DNA from: Candidatus Eiseniibacteriota bacterium
Lineage (GTDB): Bacteria > Eisenbacteria > RBG-16-71-46 > DASYSL01
Length of the DNA stretch: 64,000 nucleotides
Direction: 5' to 3'
Assembly: GCA_031431875.1 (NCBI GenBank)
Contig: JANPEF010000082.1
Location: 4,901-68,900, forward strand
Position 1 is the first letter of the stretch. Each line of letters begins with the position of its first letter. This document shows, in pieces, positions 1-11,949 of the stretch. The position numbers and the translations under genes are program-made. Below the pieces are notes generated by a model. That model had not been told where the DNA came from. It made no database searches and was given only the letters and a program-made list of their open reading frames with translations.

Positions 1-2
1 CG

Positions 3-404
3 GTGGACGAGCGGGCCCGCCGGATCGACGAACGACGCCTGCGCGAGCTGCAGGAACTGCGCAGCGCGGTCGATCTCCACTTTCGGCGCGATGCCGCGCT
101 GCCGGATTCGCTCGAGGAACTGGCCCGCCGCTCGCCGCTTCCCGTGCGCATGACGGAGCCCGACGGTGGACGCCTCTACGGCTACGAGGTGATCGATTCG
201 ACATCGTATCGCCTGTGCGCCACGTTCACGTTCCCCACACCCGACCACGAGGACTCGCGCTACTACCACGAGAAGGAGTGGGCGCACGGAGCGGGCCGCC
301 AGTGCTTCCGCTTCCGCGTGCGCCTCCGCGATCGGGACGAGATCGCGCGGCCCGAGGACGCGACCGGCCCCATCCTCGAAGGCATATCCGATTCCACGCC
401 GTAG
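3..404 (+). CDS. Hypothetical protein, 5'-truncated by the window edge; pilin/pseudopilin-like globular domain
   Basis: Open frame with the pattern 'D..RL.EL..L...V..H......LP.SL.EL...Y.Y......Y.LCATF...W.HG.G.QCF' and two Cys that could form a disulfide. The true start probably lies upstream of the window. Confidence 0.6.
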   Translation: MDERARRIDERRLRELQELRSAVDLHFRRDAALPDSLEELARRSPLPVRMTEPDGGRLYGYEVIDSTSYRLCATFTFPTPDHEDSRYYHEKEWAHGAGRQCFRFRVRLRDRDEIARPEDATGPILEGISDSTP

Positions 405-407
405 CCC

Positions 408-427
408 GCGCCCGGCGAACTGGGCGC
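408..427 (+). terminator. GC-rich hairpin after the first CDS, between convergent genes
   Basis: GCGCCCGG-cgaa-CTGGGCGC stem-loop 3 nt after the stop; no U-tract. Confidence 0.35.
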
Positions 428-561
428 GACTCAACGTGGCGGTGGGGATGTTCGTGCGAAAGGTGATGCGGTTGTAGCGGATCCACCCGGCAGGAACGCA
501 GTCAACTCGAGATCTGAGCCGTCATCCTTCCGCGCCGCGTACGGCGTGGGATTCGGGCGTG

Positions 562-3537
562 CTATCGAGCCGAAACGAGCTGACGAAGCCTCTGAGTCGC
601 GTCGGCGATCTGGGGAGATTCGGGATCCGCGTGGGCCCACGCCCGAAGGAAGATGCGGTACTCGGTCGCGGCGTCAGCGCGGTGGCTTTGAGCCTCGAAG
701 ACCTTTGCCAGCTCGTAATGCGCAAGCGCGTCGCCCGGATACAAAGTGAGGCAATCGCGCAAGACGCGCGCCGCCTGATCGCGTTCGCCGGCGTCAGCGT
801 GAGCGCGTGCCAGGAGATGACGGTAGAACTCATCGAAGTATGCGGTCCTATAGATGCCGAGGGGACGGATCAGCGCAAGCTGGGCAAGGGCGCGACGCGG
901 CTGACCTCTTTTGAGTTCAAGATCGGCGCGCATCAGAACACATCGTACGCGGTGAATAGTCTTGGACTGATCCGTCCGCCTCGCAAGATCAGCGAGTTCA
1001 CGGTCGGCGGCATCCAATGAGTCCGCGAGGAGGAGGGCCATGGACCTCCAGGCCCGAACTTCCCATTCTTCGTGGGCCGACAGACCGCTTCGTCGCGACC
1101 AGGCGCGCCACTCTCCCATGGCTTCACCGCTCCAGGGGAGGTCGTACTGGTGCGCGATGAAGAACTTGAACATGACGCATCTCCGTTCCCAGATCGGATC
1201 CGGTGCCTCGCTTCGGGTGCGATCCAGGAGCTCGAACGCACCCCGGAATCGCCCCTGTTCCGCGAGGAGACCACAGACTCCCGAGCCCGGAATCGTCGCG
1301 ATCAGGGAATAACTCTCAGCGGGAGAGAGCCCTGAGCCCAGCCGCAAGGAGTCGAGCGCGATAGTTGCCGCCGCTGCGTCACCGCGATAGTAGGGCATGG
1401 TTGCGAGACACGCTTTGGGATACAGATTGTTCGGATCAACGGCCAGCGCATGGCGAAATGCCTGGTCCGCACTGTCCGGCTTCGCGGTTCTCAGATAGGC
1501 GTCTCCGAGCATGCTCCAGCTGTCCGGGTTGAGCGGAAATCGGGCAGCGGTCTCGCGCGCTACGGCCAGTGCCTCCTGGCGGCGGTCGAGTATGTCGAGG
1601 TTGGATGCGAGCTGGAACCAGAAGGGGGCATGATCCGGGTAGAGGCGGCATGCCCGTTTGACGATTGGGAGGCGCTCCGCTGCCGTCCCGGTTGAAGACA
1701 CATATTCGAGAGCCTCGCGATCGTCGGGCCACCGCTCCAGAATGTCCTGGTAGGCTTTCACTGCGTCGTCGACCCGATAGTTTGCAGAGTGTCGCCAGGC
1801 TTCGAGTCTCATCCGATCCTTGACGTTGAGGCGAGATCGCAACCTCCACGCCAGGTCCGCCGTCGCCCGCGCCTTCGTCTCCGAGACAGAGCTGACACCG
1901 TAGATCGCCCGGGCGAGGCCGAAGTAGGCGAGCGCCGAGGTGGAGTCGAGCTCGAGGGCGGTCTCGAACTCGTTCACCGCATCCCGCGATCGCCCTCCTT
2001 CGAGTGCGAGCGAACCGGCGATGTAGTGGCGATAGGAATCCGGCGAGTTCGACGTCAGTTCTCCTACTGAGGGTCGGTATTCCGCCGGTCGCGTATCCGA
2101 AGATCGGGGGAGCGCACTTGCAAGCGTCGCCACGACCGAGTCCGCCAGGGTAACCAGGTCCGGCGCAATTGTTCGGCGACCCGCGATGCTCTCCCCGTTC
2201 GCAACGTCCACGAGCCTCCACAGGAGTGTTGTTCCATCGGTTGATTGGACGACCTCGCCGTTGAGCATGAGCGTTGCCCCTGCCTCCCGGGCGACCTGCA
2301 GGGCCTCGTCGGCTTCGATGCGACCTCGCGCCGAGCCAAGTCGGCGGCGGCGCACGTCTCGGAGCAGTTCCGGGCTGACGATCCGACAGGGACTCACTTC
2401 GACAAGAGCGGTGTACACCAGGCTCGTGATGCTCTCGGAGAGCGTGGAGTCGGACGTCGGGCCGAGCGGCTGGAAATCGAGGACCGCCAGCGCCGGATCG
2501 TGAGTGGCAGGGTCCGGTCCGGCCGAGCGCTGGAACAATCCGTAGGCGGTTGCCAGGACGACCACCACGAGGGCAGCGGATACAATCCATGGCGAAATCC
2601 GTGGCCCCGCCGCTGGCCTGCGCTTCGCGTCGTGTGCAACCTCGGCGCGGTGGCCCGCGGACTCGGCCAGCCACAGGAGCTCCCGCCGCAGGTCCCCGGC
2701 GGTCTGCCATCGATCTTCCGGGTCTCTTTCCAGGCACTGCCGAACGAGCCGTAAAAATTCGGGTGGCGCCACGGAAGTCAAGGCGGCCAGGGCCGCCGGC
2801 GAGTCGCGCATGATCTGGGCGATGGTCATGGCATCCGTGGTTCCGGCAAATGCCCGCTGTCCTGTCGTCATCTCGAGCAGGACGCACCCGAGCGCCCAGA
2901 GGTCGCTTCGAGCGTCCACCGTGCCGCCTTGAAGCTGTTCCGGCGACATGTAGGGAAGGGTCCCGACCACGGTGCCGGTCGCCGTGATCGGCTCATTCGA
3001 TCTTCCGGATTCCTGTGCAAGCCTCGCCGTCGCCTCGGGATCGCCCGCACGGTCGGGACGCGTCGTCATGAGCGCGAGGCCGAAGTCCATCAGCTTGGCC
3101 CCGCTCTTCGTCAACATCACGTTGGCGGGTTTGAGATCCCGATGAATCACGCCGGCACGGTGAGCCCGGTCGAGCGCGCTGGCGATTTGCGCCCCGATCT
3201 CCACCACCTCGGCGCGAGGAATCGCACCGCGGCTGAGACGTCGCGCGAGGGTCTCCCCTTCGACGAGCTCCATCACGAGGTAGTCGGTATCCCCCTCGGT
3301 GCCGATGTCGTGAAGGACGCAAATATTGGGGTGATTGAGGCTGGAGATGGACTTTGCCTCGCGGCGGAAGCGGGCTCGATCCTCGGATGAGATCGAACCG
3401 TGCTGCGGCAGGATCTTGATGGCGACATCGCGGCCGAGTCGCGTGTCCCGGGCTCTCCATACCTCACCCATGCCGCCCGCGCCGAGTAGGGCGATGACCT
3501 TGTACGGGCCGAGGTGAGTCCCGGGAACCATGGCCAT
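562..3537 (-). CDS. Hanks-type Ser/Thr protein kinase with a TM helix, TolB-N/FlgO-like domain and TPR repeats
   Basis: GAGGMGEV, VAIK, HRDLKPAN, DFGLA, GTLPYMSPE and DLWALG motifs; hydrophobic segment WIVSAALVVVVLATAYGLF; TPR-like helices to the C-terminus. Confidence 0.93.
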   Translation of the reverse strand: MAMVPGTHLGPYKVIALLGAGGMGEVWRARDTRLGRDVAIKILPQHGSISSEDRARFRREAKSISSLNHPNICVLHDIGTEGDTDYLVMELVEGETLARRLSRGAIPRAEVVEIGAQIASALDRAHRAGVIHRDLKPANVMLTKSGAKLMDFGLALMTTRPDRAGDPEATARLAQESGRSNEPITATGTVVGTLPYMSPEQLQGGTVDARSDLWALGCVLLEMTTGQRAFAGTTDAMTIAQIMRDSPAALAALTSVAPPEFLRLVRQCLERDPEDRWQTAGDLRRELLWLAESAGHRAEVAHDAKRRPAAGPRISPWIVSAALVVVVLATAYGLFQRSAGPDPATHDPALAVLDFQPLGPTSDSTLSESITSLVYTALVEVSPCRIVSPELLRDVRRRRLGSARGRIEADEALQVAREAGATLMLNGEVVQSTDGTTLLWRLVDVANGESIAGRRTIAPDLVTLADSVVATLASALPRSSDTRPAEYRPSVGELTSNSPDSYRHYIAGSLALEGGRSRDAVNEFETALELDSTSALAYFGLARAIYGVSSVSETKARATADLAWRLRSRLNVKDRMRLEAWRHSANYRVDDAVKAYQDILERWPDDREALEYVSSTGTAAERLPIVKRACRLYPDHAPFWFQLASNLDILDRRQEALAVARETAARFPLNPDSWSMLGDAYLRTAKPDSADQAFRHALAVDPNNLYPKACLATMPYYRGDAAAATIALDSLRLGSGLSPAESYSLIATIPGSGVCGLLAEQGRFRGAFELLDRTRSEAPDPIWERRCVMFKFFIAHQYDLPWSGEAMGEWRAWSRRSGLSAHEEWEVRAWRSMALLLADSLDAADRELADLARRTDQSKTIHRVRCVLMRADLELKRGQPRRALAQLALIRPLGIYRTAYFDEFYRHLLARAHADAGERDQAARVLRDCLTLYPGDALAHYELAKVFEAQSHRADAATEYRIFLRAWAHADPESPQIADATQRLRQLVSAR

Positions 3538-3657
3538 GGGGAAATCGTACCTCAGGTTGCATGAGAGATGCTTACGAGCCGGGGGGAGGGTAGACCAGTC
3601 TACTGGAAGCCACTCTTCCGCGGTGAACGGAGAGCCACGACGGTGAGTTCCCGGCGG

Positions 3658-4172
<515 letters not shown>

Positions 4173-4176
<4 letters not shown>

Positions 4177-5678
4177 CGGCCCTCCCCGGTGCGATCGGCA
4201 AACTTCCAGCGCGCGATGGCCGCGCCGCCATCGTCGCCGCCCGGGGCGACCGGACGCACCGAGCGTGCCTTCTCGTGCGCGTGCAGCGAGGCGGCCAGCA
4301 GCGCGATCTCCTCGGTCTCGGGCGTGGCCGCCAGCGAGGCGGCCGAGAACAGCTCGCCCAGCAGGCCCGTGTGCACGTCGCCGCGGTCGAACTCGGGCAG
4401 CGCCAGGAGCCAGCGGTGGAAGCCGACGTTCGAGGCGACGCCCTCGACGACGGTCTCCTCGAGCGCGCGACGCATGCGCGCCAGCGCCTGCGCGCGATCC
4501 TCGCCCCAGGCGATCACCTTGGCGATCAGCGGGTCGTATTCCATGGGCACGCGGAAGCCGTGGTACACGCCGGCGTCGGTGCGGATGCCCGGACCCTGCG
4601 GCAGGCGCAGCCGCTCGATCACCCCGGCGCTGGGCATGAAGTTGCGCAGCGGATCCTCGGCGTAGATGCGGCACTGGATCGCCGCGCCGCGCGGCGACAT
4701 CGCGGCCGCTGGAAGCGAAAGGCGCTGCCCGTCGGCGATCTTCACCTGCTCGGCGACCAGGTCGAGGCCGGTGACGAGTTCCGTGACCGGATGCTCGACC
4801 TGCAGGCGCGTGTTCACCTCGAGGAAGTAGAAGTTGCCGTCCGGGTCGGCGATGAACTCGACCGTGCCGGCGTTGACATAGCCCGCCGTGCGCGCGATCG
4901 CGCAGGCGGCCTCGGCGAAGCGCGCGCGGATCTCGGGCGTGAACAGCGTCGACGGGGTCTCCTCGACCACCTTCTGGTGGCGGCGCTGGATCGAGCAGTC
5001 GCGCTCGCCGAGGAACACGATGTTCCCGTGCGCGTCGGCCAGGATCTGCGCCTCGACGTGCCGCGGGCGCTCGACGAAGCGCTCGAGGTACACGCTGTCA
5101 TCGCCGAACGCGGCCTTCGCCTCGCCGCGCACCAGCTCGAGCGCCGAGTCGAGTTCGGCCGCCGAGCGCAGCACGCGCATGCCCTTGCCGCCGCCGCCGG
5201 CTGCGGCCTTGAGCATGAGCGGGTAGCCGAGTTCGTCCGCGACCTTTTGCGCTTCCTTCATGTCGGCGAGCGCGCCCTTGGAGCCCGGCACGAGGGGTGC
5301 CCCGGCCTTGAGCGCGATCTCGCGCGCGGCGAGCTTGTTGCCCAGACTCGCGATCACGTGCGGTGGCGGGCCGATGAACGTCATGCCCGCGTCGACGACG
5401 GCCTGCGCGAACTCGGCGTTCTCCGACAGGAACCCGTAGCCGGGGTGGATCGCGTCGACGTGCGCCTGCTGTGCCACAGCGATCAGGCGCGGGATGCTGA
5501 GGTAACTCTCACGCGCCAGGCCGGGGCCCAGGCGGTACGCCTCGTCGGCGAGCAGAACGTGCAGCGCGGCACGATCCGGATCCGAGTAGACGGCGATCGA
5601 GGTGAGGCCCAGGTCGCGCAGCGTGCGAATGACGCGAACGGCGATCTCGCCCCGGTTGGCGACGAGGACGCGCTTCAC
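4173..5678 (-). CDS. accC: Acyl-CoA carboxylase biotin carboxylase subunit
   Basis: ANRGEIA, HPGYGFLSEN, GGGGKGMR, ERDCSIQRRHQK, EVNTRLQVEHPVTE, YDPLIAK. Confidence 0.95.
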
Positions 5679-6181
5679 GCGGGATCTCCATCGGCGGGCG
5701 GCGTGGAGTCGCGTGCCGGCGGTGCGTCGAACGGCACGAACGCCGGCGCGTCGATCCCGATCACGGTGCGGCCGGTCGTGAACGAGTGTGCCTCCGGCGA
5801 CGGACCGTCGCCCTCGATCGCGACCACGGCGGTGGCCACTCCGCCGTCATGCGCCAGCGAGATGGTCGCGTGCGTCGCGCCGATGGTGCGCGCGACCTCC
5901 GCGGCGCGGCCGGTGATGTAGAGATGCGGTCGACCGTGCGGGTCATGGCGCACCTCGAAGTCCTTCCAGCCGACGCCGTTCGACCAGCCGGTGCCCAGCG
6001 CCTTCATGCCCGCTTCCTTCGCCGCGAAGCGCGCGGCGAAGTGGCGCGCCGGCTCCTTGTGCCGCGTGCAGTACGCGGTCTCGCCGGCGGTGAACAGTCG
6101 GCGCGTGAAGCGCTCGCCCTTCGCCAGGGCGCCCGCGATGCGCGCCACCTCGACGAGGTCGATGCCGAGTCCCAGGATCAC
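5675..6181 (-). CDS. acpS: Holo-[acyl-carrier-protein] synthase
   Basis: GLGIDLVE, ARFAAKEA.MKALGTG, G.P, ISLAHD. GTG start at 6181 overlaps the upstream stop. Confidence 0.92.
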   Translation of the reverse strand: MILGLGIDLVEVARIAGALAKGERFTRRLFTAGETAYCTRHKEPARHFAARFAAKEAGMKALGTGWSNGVGWKDFEVRHDPHGRPHLYITGRAAEVARTIGATHATISLAHDGGVATAVVAIEGDGPSPEAHSFTTGRTVIGIDAPAFVPFDAPPARDSTPPADGDPA

Positions 6182-7617
6182 GCGCGCGGTCCTGCCAGCG
6201 CGGACGCGGGCTCGAGCGTGGCGACCGGCGTCGCATCCCACACCAGGGGCACGTTCGAGACGACCGCGCGGCGGCGGCCGTCGGCGCGCCGCGGGATCGT
6301 GTCGACGGCCTGCAGCTCGAGGGAGAGCGCCGCATCGACGTCGTGCACGCCCGCGGCGAGCGCGGCCTGCGTGCGCACCTGCGCGGCTTCATTCCACTCC
6401 GCGGCGGGCCGGATCTCGAACACCAGCGCATCCGGACGGGTCTGGAGCACGCGCCAGTCGGCGATCGCCGGGGCGTCTGGAGCGTCGACGATCGTGTCGA
6501 GCAGCCACTCGAACCAGTCGCCGTGGATGCGGCGGCCGGCGGGGGAGGTGACCAGTTCGTCGCTGCGGCCGTCCGTCAACAGGAGCCGCTCGCTGGTGCG
6601 GCCGCACGAGCACGTCGGCTCGGGAATGCGGCAGCCCACGTCGCCGGTCTTCACGCGAAACATCGGGTAGGATCGATTGTCGAGAACCGTGGCCACGAGT
6701 TCGCCGTCCTCGCCGTCGGGGACAGGCTCGCCGTCGCGCAGCACCTCGATCAACACGCGCTCCATCGAGACGTGCAGCCCGTTGCGCGCATCGCACTCGT
6801 GCGCGGCCTCGCCCAGCTCGCGGGTGCGCCACGCATCGAAGACCGGCGCGCCGAGCAGGGCCTCGAGGCGGGCGCGGCGTTCCTCGCCCAGGCTCTCGCC
6901 GCTCGACTGCACCGCGCGCGGCTTCCAGCCGTCGGCGGGCGCGGCGGCCGCGTAGCGCAGGAGCGCGCTCGGCGCACCGCACAACAGCCCGGCATCGAGC
7001 TTCGCACCACGGGTGGCAAGCCCGGCGGCTGCGCCGTCGTCGGCGCCGGGCTCGAGCTGTGCCGGGTGCAGCCACGCGCCGCCGCGCAGCGCGCCGCGCA
7101 GCGTGCCTGCGGCGTGCGGAAGGAGCGTGCCGTGGTCGGCGCGGCCGGTCAACTCGAGGCGGGGAAGGCGCCAGTCGAGGCCCATCCAGCCGACGTGGCG
7201 CAGTTCGTCGACCTGGCGTTCGCGGCGCGTGAGCGGATCGAGCCAGATCGGCGCGGCGGGAGCGTCGCCCGGCTGCCCGGGGAGCGGCGGCGCTTCGATC
7301 CAGTCGGTTCCCGGCGCGTCGCCGGCGACGAGGTCGCGGGCGAAGTCGCGGCGATCGCGCGCGTCGAGCGGCGGCAACGCGGCGAGGTCGCGGATCGAGC
7401 GCACCAGTTCCGGGTGGATTCCGTAGCGGGCGAAGCGTCGGCGCCAGAACGCCGTTGCGCCGCCGGCGTGGGCGAGCAGGGACTTGAGCCGCTCGACCTG
7501 CAGCGCCCCGAGGGCGCGCCGATCGAGGCACTCGTTCGCCGCGCAGGCACGGAAGAGCGCCGGGGCACCGGCGCGGAAGGCGGCGAAGGATCGCAGGCTC
7601 TTGGCGAACAGGGGCAT
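6178..7617 (-). CDS. Phenylacetate-CoA ligase/CapK-like ANL-family protein with degenerate catalytic motifs
   Basis: Q.ERL..LL.HA....FW, DL..LP.L, SSGESL, GELV.T.L.N..YP.FR.KTGD, CSCGR, GR.D. Start assumed at ATG 7617. Confidence 0.75.
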   Translation of the reverse strand: MPLFAKSLRSFAAFRAGAPALFRACAANECLDRRALGALQVERLKSLLAHAGGATAFWRRRFARYGIHPELVRSIRDLAALPPLDARDRRDFARDLVAGDAPGTDWIEAPPLPGQPGDAPAAPIWLDPLTRRERQVDELRHVGWMGLDWRLPRLELTGRADHGTLLPHAAGTLRGALRGGAWLHPAQLEPGADDGAAAGLATRGAKLDAGLLCGAPSALLRYAAAAPADGWKPRAVQSSGESLGEERRARLEALLGAPVFDAWRTRELGEAAHECDARNGLHVSMERVLIEVLRDGEPVPDGEDGELVATVLDNRSYPMFRVKTGDVGCRIPEPTCSCGRTSERLLLTDGRSDELVTSPAGRRIHGDWFEWLLDTIVDAPDAPAIADWRVLQTRPDALVFEIRPAAEWNEAAQVRTQAALAAGVHDVDAALSLELQAVDTIPRRADGRRRAVVSNVPLVWDATPVATLEPASALAGPRA

Positions 7618-7801
7618 GGGCTTCGCGATCGTGGGTGGACGGGTCGATGCGACGGATTGCGCGCATGATGCCCCCGGCAGGCGGTTCGTGCAAGCGATCC
7701 GGCGGCCCGGCGAGGTCCCAATCCCCCGCGCTTGACAGCGCGCCGCCGTGGCCGCATCAATGGTGCATTCCCTGCCCCGAACCGGCTCCCGGAGATCGCC
7801 C

Positions 7802-10006
7802 ATGCCCCCTGTGCGCAGCGCTGCCGCCCTGCTCCTCGCCTTGCCGCTCCTGCTCGCGCCAACGGTCGCCCCCGCCGCGCCTGCGAAAGCCCCGCCGGTC
7901 GCACCGATCGAGGACGTGACCGACGTCTACTGGGGCGTCCCCGTGGCCGATCCGTACCGGTACCTGGAAGACCGGAAGGACCCCCGTGTGCTCACCTGGA
8001 TCAAGGGGCAGGCCGATTTCACGACCGGCGTGATGGCCGCCGTGCCGCACCGCGACGAGTTGCGCGCCCGCATCGCCGAGTACGACGCCGGGCGTCCGTG
8101 GAAGGTGTTCGACATCGAGCCGCAGGCCGACGGAGGCCTCTTCTACCTGAAGCAGAAGGCGGGCGAGAACCTGGCGAAGCTCTACGTACGACCTGCCGGC
8201 GGCACGAGCGAGCGCGTGGTGGTCGATCCGTCGACGCGCACGCCGGCCGACGGCGGCCACTACTCGATCAGCTGGGCGCAGGCTTCACCCGACGGGAAGC
8301 GCGTCGCGATCGGCCTGGCCCCCTCGGGCTCCGAGGAGGACATCCTTTACGTCATTGACGTGACGAGCGGCGCGGCGCTCGGCGACTCGATCACGCGCAT
8401 GGAGGCCGCTTACGTCGAGCCGATGTGGCTGCCCGACGGCAGCGGCTTCTTCTACTCCCGCTTGCGCGACCTGCCGCCCGACGCCCCCGAGACCGAGGGT
8501 TATCGCCTGTCCCGCGCCTTCCTGCATCGCCTCGGCACGCCGGTCGCGAGCGATCCGCAGGTGTTCGGTCACGGGGCGAACCCGGCGATCGTGATGACCG
8601 AGGAAGACTTCCCCGCGATCGAGCTGCCCGACGGTTCGCCCTTTGCGCTGGGCCGGATCACGCACGGCGACTCGAACCAGCTCACGCTCTACAGCGCCCG
8701 CCTCGACGACCTGGTTGCCCACGGCAAGGACGCGAGCTGGAAGCTGATCTGCGACGTGCCCGACTCGGTGACCGGGTTTGCCGTGCACGGGACGACGATC
8801 GATCTGGTCACCTCGCGCGATGCGCCGCGCTTCAAGGTTCTGCGCACCGATCTCGCCGCGCCCGACTTCGAGCACGCGACGCTCGTCGTGCCGCCCGGGC
8901 ACCTGGTCGTCGACGGCATCCGCAGCGCGAAGGACGCGCTCTACGTGCAGTTCCAGCGCGGCGGTGCCGGCTCGATCGGGCGCGTGCCGCATGGCGCAGC
9001 GCCGGCGGTCGCGATGCTCGCGCTGCCCGACGACTTCCAGGCCGGCGTCCTCGTGGCCACGCATCCGAGCCTCCCCGGCACGTTCGTCGAGACCAAGGCG
9101 TGGACGCGGGCCGGAAAGACCTATTACTTCGATCCTGCGAACGACCGGTTCACCGACTCGAAGCTCAACCCGGTCGGCCGCTACGACGCGGTGCCGGGCT
9201 ACGCTTCGATCGAGGTCGAGGCGCCGTCGCACGACGGCGTGATGGTGCCACTGTCGATCCTCCACAAGGTCGGCCTGAAGAGGGACGGCTCGAACCCCGC
9301 GTACCTCACCGGCTACGGCTCGTACGGCATCAATCGCAACGTGAACTTCGATCCGAAGCAGCTCGCGTGGCTCGAGAAAGGCGGCATCATCGCGGTCGCC
9401 CACGTGCGCGGCGGCGGCGAGTTGGGGCAGGAGTGGCACAGCGCCGGGCAGAAGGCGAACAAGCCGAACACGTGGAAGGACTTCATCGCCTGCGGCGAGT
9501 ACCTGGTGCGCGAGGGCTGGACGTCCCCGGCGAAGCTCGCCGGTCAGGGCGGCAGCGCCGGCGGCATCACGATCGGCCGGGCGATCACCGAGCGCCCCGA
9601 CCTGTTCGCGGCCGCGCTGCTCGACGTGGGCTCGCTCGACGTCGTGCGCATGGAGACGACGACCAACGGCATCCCGAACATCATGGAGTTCGGGACCGTG
9701 AAGAAGGAGGACGAGTTCCACGGGTTGCTCGCGATGAGCGCATATCACCACGTGCAGGACGGCGTGAAGTACCCCGCCGTCATGCTCTCGCACGGGATCA
9801 ACGACCCGCGCGTCGAGCCCTGGGAGTCTGCGAAGATGTGCGCCCGCCTGCAGGCCGCGACCGCCAGCGGGAAGCCCGTGCTGTTTCGCGTCGATTACCA
9901 GGCCGGCCACGGGATCGGTTCGACGCGCAACCAGCAGCAGGCGACGCTGGCTGACAAGTGGGCGTTCCTGCTCTGGCAGATGGAAACCCCGAAGCCGCTG
10001 CCCTGA
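7802..10006 (+). CDS. Secreted prolyl oligopeptidase (peptidase S9A)
   Basis: Signal peptide; [29 protein letters not shown], nucleophile GGSAGG, D.RV, GHG. Confidence 0.93.
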   Translation: MPPVRSAAALLLALPLLLAPTVAPAAPAKAPPVAPIEDVTDVYWGVPVADPYRYLEDRKDPRVLTWIKGQADFTTGVMAAVPHRDELRARIAEYDAGRPWKVFDIEPQADGGLFYLKQKAGENLAKLYVRPAGGTSERVVVDPSTRTPADGGHYSISWAQASPDGKRVAIGLAPSGSEEDILYVIDVTSGAALGDSITRMEAAYVEPMWLPDGSGFFYSRLRDLPPDAPETEGYRLSRAFLHRLGTPVASDPQVFGHGANPAIVMTEEDFPAIELPDGSPFALGRITHGDSNQLTLYSARLDDLVAHGKDASWKLICDVPDSVTGFAVHGTTIDLVTSRDAPRFKVLRTDLAAPDFEHATLVVPPGHLVVDGIRSAKDALYVQFQRGGAGSIGRVPHGAAPAVAMLALPDDFQAGVLVATHPSLPGTFVETKAWTRAGKTYYFDPANDRFTDSKLNPVGRYDAVPGYASIEVEAPSHDGVMVPLSILHKVGLKRDGSNPAYLTGYGSYGINRNVNFDPKQLAWLEKGGIIAVAHVRGGGELGQEWHSAGQKANKPNTWKDFIACGEYLVREGWTSPAKLAGQGGSAGGITIGRAITERPDLFAAALLDVGSLDVVRMETTTNGIPNIMEFGTVKKEDEFHGLLAMSAYHHVQDGVKYPAVMLSHGINDPRVEPWESAKMCARLQAATASGKPVLFRVDYQAGHGIGSTRNQQQATLADKWAFLLWQMETPKPLP

Positions 10007-10008
10007 CC

Positions 10009-11940
10009 GTGGACGCTGCCGCGCACGAGCCGCGCTTCCGGTTCCAGGTCGCCGTCGCCGTGGTCGCGTTGCTTGCGATCGCGGCGTCGCTGCTTCTGGG
10101 CGCGTTCGCGCCCGGCGTGCCGGCGCTCGTCGGCATTCCCGCCGCCACGCTGCCGCTGTGGGTCGCGCTCGCGTTCGGGGGCGTGCCGCTGGTGATCGGG
10201 GTGGTGCAGCGGCTCCTGCGCGGCGAGTTCAGCGCCGACGTGCTGGCCGCGATCTCGATCGTGGCCTCGGCCGTGCTCGGGCAGCACCTCGCCGGCGTGC
10301 TCGTCGTGCTCATGCTCGCCGGAGGCCAGGCACTCGAGTCCTTCGCGGCGCGACGGGCCTCGTCCGCGCTCAATGCGCTGGCGAAGCGCATGCCGACGGT
10401 CGCGCACCGCCGGGGCGACGACGGGCTCGTCGACGTCGCGATCGACGCGGTCGAGGTGGGCGCTGAGCTCGTCGTCCTGCCGCACGAGACGTGTCCCGTC
10501 GACGGCATCGTCGTCGAGGGCCGCACCACGATGAACGAGGCGTACCTCACCGGCGAGCCTTACTTCCAGGAGAAGATCCCGGGCTCGGCCGTGCTGTCCG
10601 GCGCCATCAACGGCGAGGGCGCGCTGGTGATCCGCGCGACGAGCCGCGCCGTCGACTCGCGCTACACGCAGATCATGCGCGTCATGCAGGACGCCGAGCA
10701 GCGCCGGCCGCGGATGCGGCGGCTCGCCGATCGCCTTGGCGCGTGGTACACGCCGCTGGCGCTGGTCGTCGCGATCGCGGCCGGGATCGCGTCGGGTGAT
10801 CCCGTGCGCTTCCTGGCGGTGCTGGTCATCGCCACGCCGTGCCCGCTCATCATCGCCATTCCGGTGGCGATCATCGGCGCGGTGTCGCTGGCGGCGCGGC
10901 GCGGCATCATCGTCAAGGATCCGAGCGTCCTCGAGGAGATCGACACCTGCCGCACGGCGATCTTCGACAAGACCGGCACGCTCACCTACGGCGAGCCACG
11001 CGTGAGCGAGGTGATGCCGCTCGCCGGCCACGCGAGTGACCGCGTGCTTGCGCGCGTGGCGAGCCTCGAGCGCTACTCGCGTCATCCGCTCGCCGGGGCG
11101 ATCCAGATCGCCGCCGAAGCGGCCAATCTCGCCATCGATCCAGCGACGGAGGTCTCCGAGCGGCCGGGCCAGGGACTGCGCGGCACCGTCGACGGCGTCG
11201 TCGTCGAGGTGACGAGCCGAAAGGCGCTGTCCGGGCGCGACACGGTCGCGCTCGCCACGCTCCCCGACTCGGGCGGCGGGCTCGAGAGCGTCGTCCTGTT
11301 CGACGGCGTCGTGGTGGCACTGGTGCGCTTTCGCGACGAGGTGCGCGCCGACGGCGGGCCGTTCGTCCGGCACCTCGAGCCCAGCCACGGGTTCAGCCGC
11401 GTGCTTCTGGTCTCGGGCGACCGTGAGAGCGAGGTGCGCCACCTCGCCGCCCAGGTCGGCATCACCGAGGTGCACGCCAGCCAGAGCCCGGAGCAGAAGC
11501 TGGCACTCGTGCGCGCCGAGACCGCGCTCGCGCCCACGCTGTTCATGGGCGACGGGATCAACGACGCGCCGGCGCTCGCCGCCGCAACCGTGGGCGTCGC
11601 GTTCGGGCAGGGCAGCGACGTGACCGCCGAGGCGGCGGGGGCCGTGATCCTCGACAGCTCGCTCGGGCGCGTCGACGAGCTGCTCCACATCGGGCGGCGC
11701 ATGCGCGGCATCGCGCTGCAGAGCGCGGTTGGCGGCATCGCGCTGTCGCTGCTGGGCATGCTCGCCGCGGCGCTCGGCTACCTGCCGCCGGTCGCGGGTG
11801 CGCTGCTGCAGGAAGCGATCGACGTCCTGGCGGTGCTCAACGCGCTGCGCGCCTCGTTCGCGCCGGGAACGCTCGCCGACTACGAGGGCGCGGCCGCTGC
11901 GATACAACGAAGCGTGGCGTCGTCGCGGGCGGACGGGTAG
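10009..11940 (+). CDS. Heavy-metal-translocating P1B-type ATPase (PCP / P1B-5-like)
   Basis: [31 protein letters not shown]; no N-terminal metal-binding domain. GTG start chosen after the upstream stop. Confidence 0.9.
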   Translation: MDAAAHEPRFRFQVAVAVVALLAIAASLLLGAFAPGVPALVGIPAATLPLWVALAFGGVPLVIGVVQRLLRGEFSADVLAAISIVASAVLGQHLAGVLVVLMLAGGQALESFAARRASSALNALAKRMPTVAHRRGDDGLVDVAIDAVEVGAELVVLPHETCPVDGIVVEGRTTMNEAYLTGEPYFQEKIPGSAVLSGAINGEGALVIRATSRAVDSRYTQIMRVMQDAEQRRPRMRRLADRLGAWYTPLALVVAIAAGIASGDPVRFLAVLVIATPCPLIIAIPVAIIGAVSLAARRGIIVKDPSVLEEIDTCRTAIFDKTGTLTYGEPRVSEVMPLAGHASDRVLARVASLERYSRHPLAGAIQIAAEAANLAIDPATEVSERPGQGLRGTVDGVVVEVTSRKALSGRDTVALATLPDSGGGLESVVLFDGVVVALVRFRDEVRADGGPFVRHLEPSHGFSRVLLVSGDRESEVRHLAAQVGITEVHASQSPEQKLALVRAETALAPTLFMGDGINDAPALAAATVGVAFGQGSDVTAEAAGAVILDSSLGRVDELLHIGRRMRGIALQSAVGGIALSLLGMLAAALGYLPPVAGALLQEAIDVLAVLNALRASFAPGTLADYEGAAAAIQRSVASSRADG

Positions 11941-11949
11941 TCTCGGCGC

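Noticed and set aside
428-561. Structured ncRNA or ribozyme between the convergent genes
   Set aside because: Only short GC-rich pairings (GGGGATG/CATCCTT) and no recognisable catalytic or riboswitch core.
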